DNA of 64,000 bases from Bacteroidia bacterium (GTDB lineage: Bacteria; Bacteroidota; Bacteroidia; UKL13-3), in contig JBIIBC010000005.1 in NCBI GenBank assembly GCA_044239605.1, positions 32,424 to 96,423 of the forward strand, written 5' to 3'. A model generated the notes under the pieces. It was not told the origin of the DNA, did not search any database, and saw nothing but the letters and a program-made list of their open reading frames with translations. The position numbers were made by a program, and so were the translations under genes. Below are positions 37,697 to 47,373 of the stretch, piece after piece (the first letter of the stretch is position 1; each line of letters begins with the position of its first letter).

Positions 37697-39055
37697 TTAT
37701 AACTTAAATTCACTTAAATAGCTAGGTGTTACTTCTAAACTATTCATGTATTCTAACGTTTCTTTTTTTCTAATTAAATGAGGCTTTCCTTCCATATCAA
37801 TAATCACCACATTTGGTCTCATTGAAATAAACTGCATCCACTGAGTCATGTTATATGCACCAACAGTATGTACAACAACATTATCGCCTTTTTTCATTGG
37901 TGGTAATGTTACATTTTCTCTTATAACATCAATATTCATGCACAATGGACCGTAAATAACAGAATCTTCTGTATAGTGGCTAAACTCTTGAGCTGGGGAT
38001 ATTTTATGTTCGTACCAAAATGAGGTAAATAATAAATTTACACCAAAATCCATAATGGTAGCCTTACGTCCATCACTTAGACGTTTATTAGCTAAAACAG
38101 TTCCAAGTAAATAACCTGCATCATCCACCAACGATCGGCCACTTTCTAGTATTAATAATGGCAATTCATCTTTACTGTAATCAGAATTTAGTAATGCTGA
38201 GCAAATTGCTTCTGCATAATCATCAAATGTAGGAACTGTATCAGCACCCATTAAATATGAACCTTTTAAAGTATTACGAGACGCAAATCCACCTCCCATA
38301 TCAATGTAAGAAATATTTTTTCCAAACTTGGCTTTTATATGGAACGCTAAATCAGAAAGCTTGGTAGCAGCCACCGCATAAGCACTTGGTGTTAACATAA
38401 AAGTACCAATATGTGAATGCAAACCTATTAAGTCCATTTTATCAGTTAAGATGATTTTATTAATTGCATCCCATGCTTGCCCACTTTCATAATTAAATCC
38501 AAACCTGTCCCACATAGGATAAACTCCAGTATCCATGTTAACCCGTATAGCAACTTTAGGACGTTTTTTTAGTTCTTCTGTTAATTCAATAATTCTATAA
38601 AGTTCATCAAGATGGTCAATATGAATCATTGATTCATTATTAATAGCTAGGATTAAATCCTCATCGGTTTTATCAGGACCATTGAATATAATTTTATTTC
38701 CTGGCACACCATTCAATAATGCTTTATTATACTCAAATCCAGAAACAACTTCCGACCAACTTCCCTCTTGATGAAACACATTACAAATTGCATTATTATA
38801 ATGCGTTTTGTAACTCCAAGCAAACTGTACTTTCGGGTAACGAGTTGTGAAAGCACGAACTGCATCCTTATATGTTTTACGAATTGTTTGCTCACTCATT
38901 ACAAATAAAGGAGAACCAAATTCGGCTATTAAATCTTTAACTTTAGCTCCATCAATATTTGTAAATGGAGTATATTCTGTACGAGTACCGTACTTGTTCA
39001 TTACGCCAGTATTTAACTTTTTAATTACTGGTCTTTCATATCTAATTTTTTCCAT
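37697..39055 (-). CDS. PLP-dependent decarboxylase, Orn/DAP/Arg decarboxylase (fold III) family
   Basis: Family motifs are present: the Lys region FAWSYKTHYN, HSHIGT, DMGGGF, ESGRSLV and the active-site Cys region YGPLCMNIDV. Confidence 0.8.
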   Translation of the reverse strand: MEKIRYERPVIKKLNTGVMNKYGTRTEYTPFTNIDGAKVKDLIAEFGSPLFVMSEQTIRKTYKDAVRAFTTRYPKVQFAWSYKTHYNNAICNVFHQEGSWSEVVSGFEYNKALLNGVPGNKIIFNGPDKTDEDLILAINNESMIHIDHLDELYRIIELTEELKKRPKVAIRVNMDTGVYPMWDRFGFNYESGQAWDAINKIILTDKMDLIGLHSHIGTFMLTPSAYAVAATKLSDLAFHIKAKFGKNISYIDMGGGFASRNTLKGSYLMGADTVPTFDDYAEAICSALLNSDYSKDELPLLILESGRSLVDDAGYLLGTVLANKRLSDGRKATIMDFGVNLLFTSFWYEHKISPAQEFSHYTEDSVIYGPLCMNIDVIRENVTLPPMKKGDNVVVHTVGAYNMTQWMQFISMRPNVVIIDMEGKPHLIRKKETLEYMNSLEVTPSYLSEFKL

Positions 39056-39210
39056 TGTTATATTTGTTGCAGCTGGCTGCTGGCTCTCAGCAGCTAGCTA
39101 ATTTTGTTTACTTGGTTGAATAATATTTTACTTTTTGTATTTCTATTTGCTAGAAGCAAGAGGTCAATAGCTTGAAGCTTGAAGCCACAGGCTAGATTCC
39201 AGAAGCTAAT

Positions 39211-40257
39211 TTAAAGCTCCCCTACCGTTGAAATTTGCTCAAATTCCTTTAAATCAACAATCATATCATAAGAATACCTAATGAACATTTTACCTATTTC
39301 GTAATTTCCAAAAGGTTCAACAGATTTTCCTAAAGCTAATTTAACCAATGCCTCGGGCTGATTATGGCCACAACCAGCAGCTAAATATACCCACGCTGGA
39401 AAACGTGGATTTATTTCAAGTAAGTAGTATTTGTTTTCAGCAGTTTTAATAAACTCTAGCTCCATTCCACCTCTCCATTTTGATGAAGAAATTACATTTT
39501 TAGCAATATTTACTAATTCATCATCATCTAATGAAATACCTGCCCAAGCCTTGCCTTTATCGGTAATAAATAATTTACGCATAGGTACTGCACTAATTGC
39601 ATTTCCTTTTCCGTCTCCAAGTGCGGTAACATTTACTTCACTTCCAAATACATATTCTTGAATAATAATAGGTAAACCCCATTTAGCACTCAATTTATTA
39701 AAATAATTAGCAACTTGTTCTGGATTATATGCAATGTAAGCTTCATAAAACTTTCCTTTAACCACCATTGGGTATGAAAATTCAATTGCTATAGCACTTA
39801 TCTCATTGGTACTAAACATCATTTTACTGTAAGGAACGCTTACTCCATGCTTTTGCCCAAATTCAAATAAATTAGCTTTATGTCTTTCATCAAACTGTTC
39901 TTGAGTTGGTAAAAACATACTAATTCCAAGTTCTGTTTTTAACCGTTGCTCAAGTTTCATGAAATTAGCTAATTCAGCATCAAAATTAGGTATTACCACA
40001 TCTACATTTTCTTGATTATTGATATAACTTAAACGTTCCATCAATGAATCAACTCCTGCACTTGGTAATGGTATTTGATATGACTTATTCACTAAATCGT
40101 GCATGTATAAACCTGGCTCAAGTGTTTCATAACTTAACCCAATTATGTTAACATCAAAATCTTTACTTTCTTTTAATGCACGAATTACGGGTATTCCTGG
40201 TCCAGGACTATCAATATTATTAAGTCCAGATACTGCGACTGTTATTTTAGGTTTCAT
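39211..40257 (-). CDS. ATP-grasp carboxylate-amine ligase family protein
   Basis: It shows the ATP-grasp core (YPMVVKGKFYEAY, IIIQEYVFGSEVNV, MELEFIK...YLLEINPRFPAW). Confidence 0.8.
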   Translation of the reverse strand: MKPKITVAVSGLNNIDSPGPGIPVIRALKESKDFDVNIIGLSYETLEPGLYMHDLVNKSYQIPLPSAGVDSLMERLSYINNQENVDVVIPNFDAELANFMKLEQRLKTELGISMFLPTQEQFDERHKANLFEFGQKHGVSVPYSKMMFSTNEISAIAIEFSYPMVVKGKFYEAYIAYNPEQVANYFNKLSAKWGLPIIIQEYVFGSEVNVTALGDGKGNAISAVPMRKLFITDKGKAWAGISLDDDELVNIAKNVISSSKWRGGMELEFIKTAENKYYLLEINPRFPAWVYLAAGCGHNQPEALVKLALGKSVEPFGNYEIGKMFIRYSYDMIVDLKEFEQISTVGEL

Positions 40258-40277
40258 AGTATATATTAAATTTATTA

Positions 40278-40526
40278 CTATTCCCCCTCGTCACCTACTT
40301 GATTATTTTGAAGCATCATTACAAAATCGTAATAATCTTTTTCAAAGGTAGATTCATCAGCATTGTATTTACTTAAAATAGCTTTTCTGATATCATCTTT
40401 ACCCTTTTCGTCCTTTAGCATTCTTATTATTTCTAATCCAATTGGATTAGTGCTAAACGAATCACCTGTAGTTGGATTGAATATAAATCCAGATTCGCTA
40501 ATGGCTACATTTTTTTTTATTTTCAT
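40278..40526 (-). CDS. PqqD-family (RRE-like) small protein
   Basis: 82 aa. FIFNPTTGDSFSTNPIGLEIIRMLKDEKGKDDIRKAILSKYN...FEKDYYDFVMMLQNN has the pattern of a PqqD-like peptide-binding winged helix. Confidence 0.65.
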   Translation of the reverse strand: MKIKKNVAISESGFIFNPTTGDSFSTNPIGLEIIRMLKDEKGKDDIRKAILSKYNADESTFEKDYYDFVMMLQNNQVGDEGE

Positions 40527-40653
40527 GAGCGTATTATTTATAATTAACTTTTGCTAATTTGTAATACAAATAAAATCTTCTCAATAAAAATAAATGTTAT
40601 AATTTTTTATAATTAAGTTATAAAATTATGAAAAAGCACAAGTTTCCTTTGTT

Positions 40654-42783
40654 TTAATTTTTAATACACTTAAACGTTTGAACGTTTGAGCCTGATTCAA
40701 TTTGAAGAATATAAATGCCATTTGATAGTTTTTGTACCTCTGGCATTTCAATAAGATTATCGCCTATAAATAGATTGGCTTCATAATTCACTACCTTACA
40801 ACCCCAATTATTTAATAAAGTAATATTGGCTTTAGTGCCTGTTTCAGAGATTATATTTATATTTAAAAAATTAGTAAATGGATTTGGACTTACCACTACT
40901 TTTTCACTAGTAATTTTTGTAACTTTTTCAACTCTACTGTAACTGAAATTACCATCAAAATCAATTTGTTTGATTCTGTAGTATAAAATGTTATTTGAAA
41001 TAATTGAACCAATTTCGTCTGTAAAAGAATATGTTTTTACACTATTGCTATTTCCTGCACCATTAACTTCATTAATTTTTATCCAGTTAGTGCCATCATA
41101 ACTTTTTTCTACTTCAAATTTATTGTTATTTACTTCACTTGCAGTTTTCCAATTTATTAGCACATTGGCAGGATTTACAAATGCGGCATTAAATGACAAC
41201 CATTTTACTGGTAAAGACACAATTCCACTATTAAAGTAAGTTGATGTATTGTAATTAGATATGTTTGAAACTCCATTATACTCCACAATTGCAAAGTAAT
41301 AATTGGTAGTATTATTTAAACCTGTAATATTGCAAGAACTACCCGTTCCATTGTATACCACAAAACAATTATTTCCAATATTAGAACCATTTCCAAAAAC
41401 TGAATTAGCGGTATAAGCCACAGTATCTATTGGTAAAGAATTAACCGCACTTCCAACTTTACAAATAACCAATCTCCTTATACCATTACCCGTTTTCCAA
41501 TTTAAGTTTACTGTATTTATGCCATTATTGGTATATGAAAAATCAGTTGATGCGATAGTAGGTTCATTATGAATTGAACCACCCCATATTCGTTGAGCAT
41601 ATTGCGGACTGTCAATGAATGGATTCCTATTTCCTTGAATTGCAGCTATAGCATTATTTCTTTTTATTTCCTTATCACTCACAGGGTCTAGGTTATGCCA
41701 ACTTAATAGTACACTTAACTGCCAAGGTTTAAAAACAGGATAGTTATTCCCTGCAAGAATATCTGAAGCATTGCCATTTGACAACCAAGAAGCAATTAGG
41801 TTTTCATACCTTGTTGCCATAAAAAAATAGCCTCTTGCTAAGTCACCTTTATATTCATCAATTGGCTCAAAAACAACTCCTGTATAACCAAAATTATTAG
41901 CACTGGTACCTAATTTCCCTCCATAAAGGCTAGTATTACTAGCATTTGTTACATACCCATATGGAAAGTTGCTTCTCAAACCATTTACTTTTCCATCCGA
42001 GGCAAATACGTGATTTAATTCGGTTTGCATCGGAGTAGCGGAATTAAACCAACTTTGAGGGAATGAATGCTCCCTGTTATAACAATCACCTTCTGTAGAA
42101 TAGGTACCACATTGATTACTACCCATGGTGTATTCATAAGGAGAAGCCTGGTCTAACCTTGTACTGTAGATGTCCCAAACTTTTCCATTTGGCTGAACAT
42201 CGGTAGTAGCGTATGCATTCCAAATAGCTGAGTAACTAATTGATGTTACTCCAGAAGAAATTTTATTATAAAGTGCCGTTTTTAAAGCTGCACCCCTAAC
42301 ATTTCCTATGCTATTAAAATAAGTGTTAGCGCCTGATGGAACTGTTGTTGCTATGCATGTTCCGCTAACTAAAACACTAACGGAAGCAGAACCAATACTG
42401 CTATTTAAAATTGAATTTGAAGTACTTGGATAAAGTGCAACTAAAGACGGACTAAAACGAACAAATATTTTGGTATTAGCGATTGTGCCGGCCGAAGGTG
42501 TCAGAGTAATTTTATTACTGTAACCATAATTATAATTTAATGAAACCTCAAAGGCGGTTGAGGCAGAAATCACGATTGGAGCCGTAAGTAAAGTTCCAGA
42601 AACCGAATAATTTAAACTTGAGGAACTATTATATGGATATACATTTCCAAATGATGGAAGTGACAAAGTGGTTGTTGTTATAGAACCTGCTTTTATATAA
42701 TTACAAAGCACTATTAAAAGTATGAATAGGAATGTTTTTGCTCTCACTTGGCAAATATAAATAAATATTTGAGCAACAAACAT
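40654..42783 (-). CDS. secreted endonuclease I-family nuclease with T9SS type A C-terminal sorting domain
   Basis: The endonuclease I core is YNREHSFPQSWF, HVFASDGKVNGLRSNFPYG and NRNPFIDSPQYA. The C-terminal VVSPNPFTNFLNINI...GIYILQIESGSNVQTFKCIKN is a T9SS CTD. Confidence 0.8.
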   Translation of the reverse strand: MFVAQIFIYICQVRAKTFLFILLIVLCNYIKAGSITTTTLSLPSFGNVYPYNSSSSLNYSVSGTLLTAPIVISASTAFEVSLNYNYGYSNKITLTPSAGTIANTKIFVRFSPSLVALYPSTSNSILNSSIGSASVSVLVSGTCIATTVPSGANTYFNSIGNVRGAALKTALYNKISSGVTSISYSAIWNAYATTDVQPNGKVWDIYSTRLDQASPYEYTMGSNQCGTYSTEGDCYNREHSFPQSWFNSATPMQTELNHVFASDGKVNGLRSNFPYGYVTNASNTSLYGGKLGTSANNFGYTGVVFEPIDEYKGDLARGYFFMATRYENLIASWLSNGNASDILAGNNYPVFKPWQLSVLLSWHNLDPVSDKEIKRNNAIAAIQGNRNPFIDSPQYAQRIWGGSIHNEPTIASTDFSYTNNGINTVNLNWKTGNGIRRLVICKVGSAVNSLPIDTVAYTANSVFGNGSNIGNNCFVVYNGTGSSCNITGLNNTTNYYFAIVEYNGVSNISNYNTSTYFNSGIVSLPVKWLSFNAAFVNPANVLINWKTASEVNNNKFEVEKSYDGTNWIKINEVNGAGNSNSVKTYSFTDEIGSIISNNILYYRIKQIDFDGNFSYSRVEKVTKITSEKVVVSPNPFTNFLNINIISETGTKANITLLNNWGCKVVNYEANLFIGDNLIEMPEVQKLSNGIYILQIESGSNVQTFKCIKN

Positions 42784-42812
42784 CGATGAATAACATTATT
42801 CAATTTAATACT

Positions 42813-42850
42813 AAATAAAAAAGGCTTCACAGAATTTCTGTAAAGCCTTT
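42813..42850 (-). terminator. Rho-independent terminator after tRNA
   Basis: The stem AAGGCTTTACAG/CTGTGAAGCCTT has one mismatch or wobble and is followed by a T-run on the minus strand. Confidence 0.7.
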
Positions 42851-42855
42851 TTAAT

Positions 42856-42932
42856 TGGTAGCGGGGAGCAGAATCGAACTGCCGACCTCAGGGTTATGAA
42901 TCCTGTGCTCTAACCATCTGAGCTACCCCGCC
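42856..42932 (-). tRNA. tRNA with anticodon CAT (Met; lysidine-modified Ile2 cannot be excluded)
   Basis: The minus-strand sequence GGCGGGGTAGCTCAGATGGTTAGAGCACAGGATTCATAACCCTGAGGTCGGCAGTTCGATTCTGCTCCCCGCTACCA folds as a cloverleaf. The T-arm GGTTCGATTC-like element and an encoded CCA are present. Confidence 0.9.
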
Positions 42933-43052
42933 ATTATTTCAAATTTATCTTTTTATTAAATCTAAGAATTAAATTTTTGTTGAGTTAATAAATAATATTA
43001 CACACTGTAATAAGGGCTGCAAATGTAAAAATATTTATTTTATAAGCAAATA

Positions 43053-43349
43053 TTATTTTACTTTTTGCAATAATTCTAAACTAAATGCCTGAGGTTTATT
43101 ATTAAATAAAATTTTGGTTTGCGCCCAAGTAGTTTTAAATAAATTTGAAAAACGGTATTTGTTTAAATGTTCTTCACTTTCCCAATAGCTTAAGGTATAT
43201 AAAACATTTTTTTCGTTGGCATCCTGCATTAACTGTAATCCGTTACAGCCATCAAAAGCTGCAATTTGAAGTTTTGTAGCTTCAAATACTCTGTAAAAAT
43301 CATCTACTTTTGTTGGCTCAAAACTTAATCGTACTATTCTAGTTATCAT
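43053..43349 (-). CDS. antibiotic biosynthesis monooxygenase (ABM)-like small protein
   Basis: 98 aa with a ferredoxin-like ABM pattern (IVRLSF...YTLSYWESEEHLNKY). Confidence 0.55.
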   Translation of the reverse strand: MITRIVRLSFEPTKVDDFYRVFEATKLQIAAFDGCNGLQLMQDANEKNVLYTLSYWESEEHLNKYRFSNLFKTTWAQTKILFNNKPQAFSLELLQKVK

Positions 43350-43353
43350 ATTT

Positions 43354-44130
43354 TTACAAAAATTCTATCATTATTTTACTCCCTACCCTTAGTCCTAATA
43401 GTTGTGAGGCGCTTCCTTCATTGGTAGCTATTTCTAAGTAACCACTTGAATTAAATAAAATAGCCTCCTCTCCTTTTTCTACCTCTTTATAATGCTTATT
43501 AATTTTATCAAAAAACTCTTTTCTTGCATAATATATCTTAAACAATCGTCCTTCCCTTATTTTCTCAAAAAGTATTTTATCAACATTCAAAATAGCATTA
43601 CCAAAACCATCTACAAATGCTACAAACGCAACTATGCCCTGATCGTGAATTTCTATATTAGGATGGCTTAATTTATAATTTAATTTGCCATTTGTGGCTA
43701 TTAAATTAATGGGTAGGTTTGAAACTAAGTGTTTTGCAATAAAAACAAATGCTTCATTTTCAATAAACGAATCGTTAGAGTTACAAAGGTTATCATTTAA
43801 TGCCCAAATTTCAACTGTCTCACCTTCAAACATAAGGTTCAAGATTCCATTATCTAATGATATAAAATACTGATTTTGATGCTTTGCAATTATTATTTGT
43901 TCATACATAAACAAGTTTGTATCAACACAAATAAGATGGATTGTTCCTTCTTCAAAATTTTTATAAATAGCGTTTAGAATAAATGCAGATTGCATTTTAT
44001 TGAACTTTTCAATTGTATGCGAAATATCAATAATTCTAATATTAGGAACTGTTTTGAATAAATTACCCTTTAAAGCAGCAGCATAATGGCTTGCATTTCC
44101 ATAATCTGATATTAAGGTAATATTTTTCAC
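43354..44130 (-). CDS. SAM hydroxide adenosyltransferase (DUF62) family protein
   Basis: The N-terminal ITLISDYG...AALKGNLF...IIDISHTI pattern and the size are typical of the family. Confidence 0.7.
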   Translation of the reverse strand: MKNITLISDYGNASHYAAALKGNLFKTVPNIRIIDISHTIEKFNKMQSAFILNAIYKNFEEGTIHLICVDTNLFMYEQIIIAKHQNQYFISLDNGILNLMFEGETVEIWALNDNLCNSNDSFIENEAFVFIAKHLVSNLPINLIATNGKLNYKLSHPNIEIHDQGIVAFVAFVDGFGNAILNVDKILFEKIREGRLFKIYYARKEFFDKINKHYKEVEKGEEAILFNSSGYLEIATNEGSASQLLGLRVGSKIMIEFL

Positions 44131-44189
44131 TTGTAGGACTTGGCTATTTTAATAAATTCGTGCAAAAATATAATTAAGCAGCATATAAT

Positions 44190-45146
44190 TTGAATAATAA
44201 AGAAATACTTATCGAAAATTTAGACCCTTTAGAATTATTGGGTCACAATAACCGTAATTTAAAAATACTTCAAGCACATTTTCCCAAACTAAAAATTGTA
44301 AGCAGAGGCAATCAGTTAATATTAACTGGGGATGAATTGGAAATGGAATTATTTGAAGAAAAATTTACTCAACTTGAAGCTGTTATATTTAAGAATGGAA
44401 CCATATCTGATAGTCAGTTTAAGGCACTTTTAGCTGGAGATATTTCGCAAAGTAGGAACGAGGCGGTAGAATCAAATACCCATAATGCAGATGTAATTTT
44501 ACATGGAAATGGAGGGAAAGCTATTAAAGCAAAAACACCAAATCAAAAATTAATGGTGGAGCATATTCAAAATAATGATATACTTTTTGCAATTGGGCCT
44601 GCCGGCACGGGAAAAACATACACAGCTGTCGCACTAGCTGTAAGAGCTCTAAAAAACAAAGAAGTTAGACGAATAATATTAGCAAGGCCCGCAGTAGAAG
44701 CTGGCGAAAGTCTTGGATTTTTACCCGGTGATTTAAAAGAGAAAATTGATCCTTACTTGCGTCCACTTTATGATGCATTGGATGATATGATCCCTGCCGA
44801 AAAACTGAAACAATACATTGAAACTCGCGTAATTGAAATTGCTCCTTTGGCTTTTATGCGTGGAAGGACACTTGATAATGCTTTTGTTATTTTAGACGAA
44901 GCTCAGAATGCAACCGATTTGCAATTAAAAATGTTTTTAACCAGAATGGGGCCTCATGCTAAATTTATTGTTACAGGCGATTTGTCGCAGATAGATTTGC
45001 CTAAAAAACAACTTTCAGGATTATTAAAAGCTGTTAAAATATTGGAAGGAATTGAAGGTATAAGATTTCAATATTTAACCTACGAAGATGTTGTTAGACA
45101 CAAGTTGGTTAAGGATATTATTAAAGCATATGACAAAGGGGAATAG
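44190..45146 (+). CDS. phoH: PhoH family ATPase
   Basis: Walker A GPAGTGKT, ILARPAVEAGESLGFLPGD and Walker B FVILDEAQN are present. The annotated start is TTG. Confidence 0.9.
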   Translation: MNNKEILIENLDPLELLGHNNRNLKILQAHFPKLKIVSRGNQLILTGDELEMELFEEKFTQLEAVIFKNGTISDSQFKALLAGDISQSRNEAVESNTHNADVILHGNGGKAIKAKTPNQKLMVEHIQNNDILFAIGPAGTGKTYTAVALAVRALKNKEVRRIILARPAVEAGESLGFLPGDLKEKIDPYLRPLYDALDDMIPAEKLKQYIETRVIEIAPLAFMRGRTLDNAFVILDEAQNATDLQLKMFLTRMGPHAKFIVTGDLSQIDLPKKQLSGLLKAVKILEGIEGIRFQYLTYEDVVRHKLVKDIIKAYDKGE

Positions 45147-45156
45147 TAATATTCCT

Positions 45157-46437
45157 CTATTTGTTTAATATTTTAAGAACTACTTCCTCTATTTTTGCAC
45201 TGCTTGATTTTTGAATTGTAAATTCAAATCCATCAATTACCAATTTCTCTCCTTGCATTGGAATATCCTCGTGATTTGCAGTAATGAAGCCACCTAATGT
45301 ATTGTATTCTCCCTCAGGTAAGTTCAAATCATATTTGTTATTTATATAATATATTTCTAGCCTTCCCGAAAATAAATATTCATTTTCACTTAATACCTTC
45401 TCTGTTAACGATTCTGTATCATGCTCATCATCTATTTCACCAAAAATTTCTTCCATCACATCTTCAATAGTTACAATTCCGGCTGTTCCACCAAGTTCAT
45501 TTACAACTAAAGCTATGCTTTTTCTGGTTTTGCTAAATCTATTTAAAACATCCATAACAGAAGTAGTAGCTGGAACAATTTCTATTGGAAAAACGATTTC
45601 TTTAATTGAATTTACTTTTTTGAAAATCTCTTTTTGGTGCACATATCCAATAATATTATCAGAAGTACCACCATATACTAAAATTTTAGAAAGTCCCGTT
45701 TTTACAAATTTTTCATATAATACTTCTGGTGTTTCTGTTATGTCAATTATCTCCAAATCGGTTCTAGGAGTCATACAATCACGCACCTTTAAATTTGAAA
45801 AATCAAGCGCATTCTTAAACATTTCTGTATCAACCTCTGCATCTTCATCTAAATCGTTATCACTAACTTGATTGATGTAATCATCCAAATCGATTTTAGT
45901 AAATACAGGCGTAGTTTCCGTATATTTTATTTTTAAGAAACCATTTAAAATAATTTTAGATAACCAAATTATAACATGTACAACAGGCCAAAATAAATAA
46001 TAAAAAATTAAAAAAGGTAATGCTAAAACTTGTAGAACCAAATCTGGATTTATTCGGAAAAGCACTTTAGGTATAAACTCTGCGGTTACTAATACTATTA
46101 ATGTAGAAACAATAGTTTGGGTAAATAATAAAAGAAATTTATGTGTTTCGAAATAGGGTGAAATGCTAACTAAAAAAGGATCTAATACCTTAGCCATATA
46201 AATACCATAAATTACTAAGCCAATGTTATTGCCTACTAATGTGGTGCTTATAAATTTTGAAGGATTATTAACAAAATTTGATAATATATTGGCAGTAACG
46301 CTTCCCTGTTTACTTTTTAACTCAATTAAAAGTTTATTTGAGGATATAAAAGCAATTTCGGTTCCTGCAAAAAAAGCAGAAAACAAAATACTTGATAATA
46401 TAATGACTGAATAATTATCCATAATATAATAATGCAC
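45157..46437 (-). CDS. CNNM/hemolysin-type transporter (DUF21 + CBS pair + CorC_HlyC)
   Basis: It has an N-terminal 4-TM DUF21, tandem CBS domains and a C-terminal CorC-type domain. Confidence 0.85.
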   Translation of the reverse strand: MHYYIMDNYSVIILSSILFSAFFAGTEIAFISSNKLLIELKSKQGSVTANILSNFVNNPSKFISTTLVGNNIGLVIYGIYMAKVLDPFLVSISPYFETHKFLLLFTQTIVSTLIVLVTAEFIPKVLFRINPDLVLQVLALPFLIFYYLFWPVVHVIIWLSKIILNGFLKIKYTETTPVFTKIDLDDYINQVSDNDLDEDAEVDTEMFKNALDFSNLKVRDCMTPRTDLEIIDITETPEVLYEKFVKTGLSKILVYGGTSDNIIGYVHQKEIFKKVNSIKEIVFPIEIVPATTSVMDVLNRFSKTRKSIALVVNELGGTAGIVTIEDVMEEIFGEIDDEHDTESLTEKVLSENEYLFSGRLEIYYINNKYDLNLPEGEYNTLGGFITANHEDIPMQGEKLVIDGFEFTIQKSSSAKIEEVVLKILNK

Positions 46438-46601
46438 AATAATACAAAAAATGTGCGATTTTTAAATTGAATTTCTATTTTACTTTATTTATTTAAGTGA
46501 CTAATTTTTTATTTTTATCGAAATTTATAAACAAACCACTTTTAAAAAATTTGTATCAAATCAGTAAAAACCATTATTGTTGCCAATTAAAAAATGAAAA
46601 A

Positions 46602-47372
46602 ATGAAAAAAACAGCACTAATAACTGGCAGCACAAGTGGAATTGGTTTGGCCATAGCAAATAATTTAGCAGCTAGCGGATATAATATTATTTTTAACGGA
46701 TTAGAGGCAAATGGCGAGCAAATAGCTGCAGAAGTTGCTCAAAAACATGGTATTGAATACCTTTTTTCGCCATGCAATTTATTATACACTGAACAAATAG
46801 AAACCATGGTTAGCCAAGCCTTGGCTAAATTTGGTAAAATAGATGTATTGGTTAACAATGCCGGTATTCAATTTGTTTCTCCTGTACAAGATTTCCCTTT
46901 GGATAAATGGAATCAAATTATTGCCATAAATTTAACTGCTACTTTTGTTTTAACCAAGCTTTGTTTTCCTAGTATGATTGAAAACAAATTCGGAAGAATA
47001 GTAAATATAGCTTCAGCACATGGATTAGTAGCAAGTGAATTTAAATCGGCATATATTGCTTCAAAGCATGGTGTAGTTGGTTTTACTAAAACAATTGCTT
47101 TAGAGGGTGCCCCACATAATATTACAGTAAATGCAATTTGCCCTGGATATGTTCATACGCCAATTGTTGAAAATCAAATTGGGGACCAAATGAAAGCGCA
47201 CGGACTTAGTAGAGAAGAAGTGATTGAAAAAGTAATGTTAAGCAAACAAGCTATTAAATCATTTATAGCTATTGAAAGTATTGCTCAAATGGCAGCCTAT
47301 TTAATTTCTGACAACGCAGCAACAATAACAGGAACTGCAATTCCGGTAGATGGAGGATGGACAGCACAATAA
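46602..47372 (+). CDS. short-chain dehydrogenase, 3-hydroxybutyrate dehydrogenase-like
   Basis: TGSTSGIG, NNAG and the catalytic YIASKHG motif are present. I chose the start at MKKTALITG within the track ORF. Confidence 0.8.
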   Translation: MKKTALITGSTSGIGLAIANNLAASGYNIIFNGLEANGEQIAAEVAQKHGIEYLFSPCNLLYTEQIETMVSQALAKFGKIDVLVNNAGIQFVSPVQDFPLDKWNQIIAINLTATFVLTKLCFPSMIENKFGRIVNIASAHGLVASEFKSAYIASKHGVVGFTKTIALEGAPHNITVNAICPGYVHTPIVENQIGDQMKAHGLSREEVIEKVMLSKQAIKSFIAIESIAQMAAYLISDNAATITGTAIPVDGGWTAQ

Positions 47373-47373
47373 T

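Noticed and set aside
40628-40657. 9-codon ORF (MKKHKFPLF) upstream of the PqqD gene as a RiPP precursor
   Set aside because: It is on the opposite strand to the cluster, overlaps the nuclease gene stop and is too short and featureless to support.
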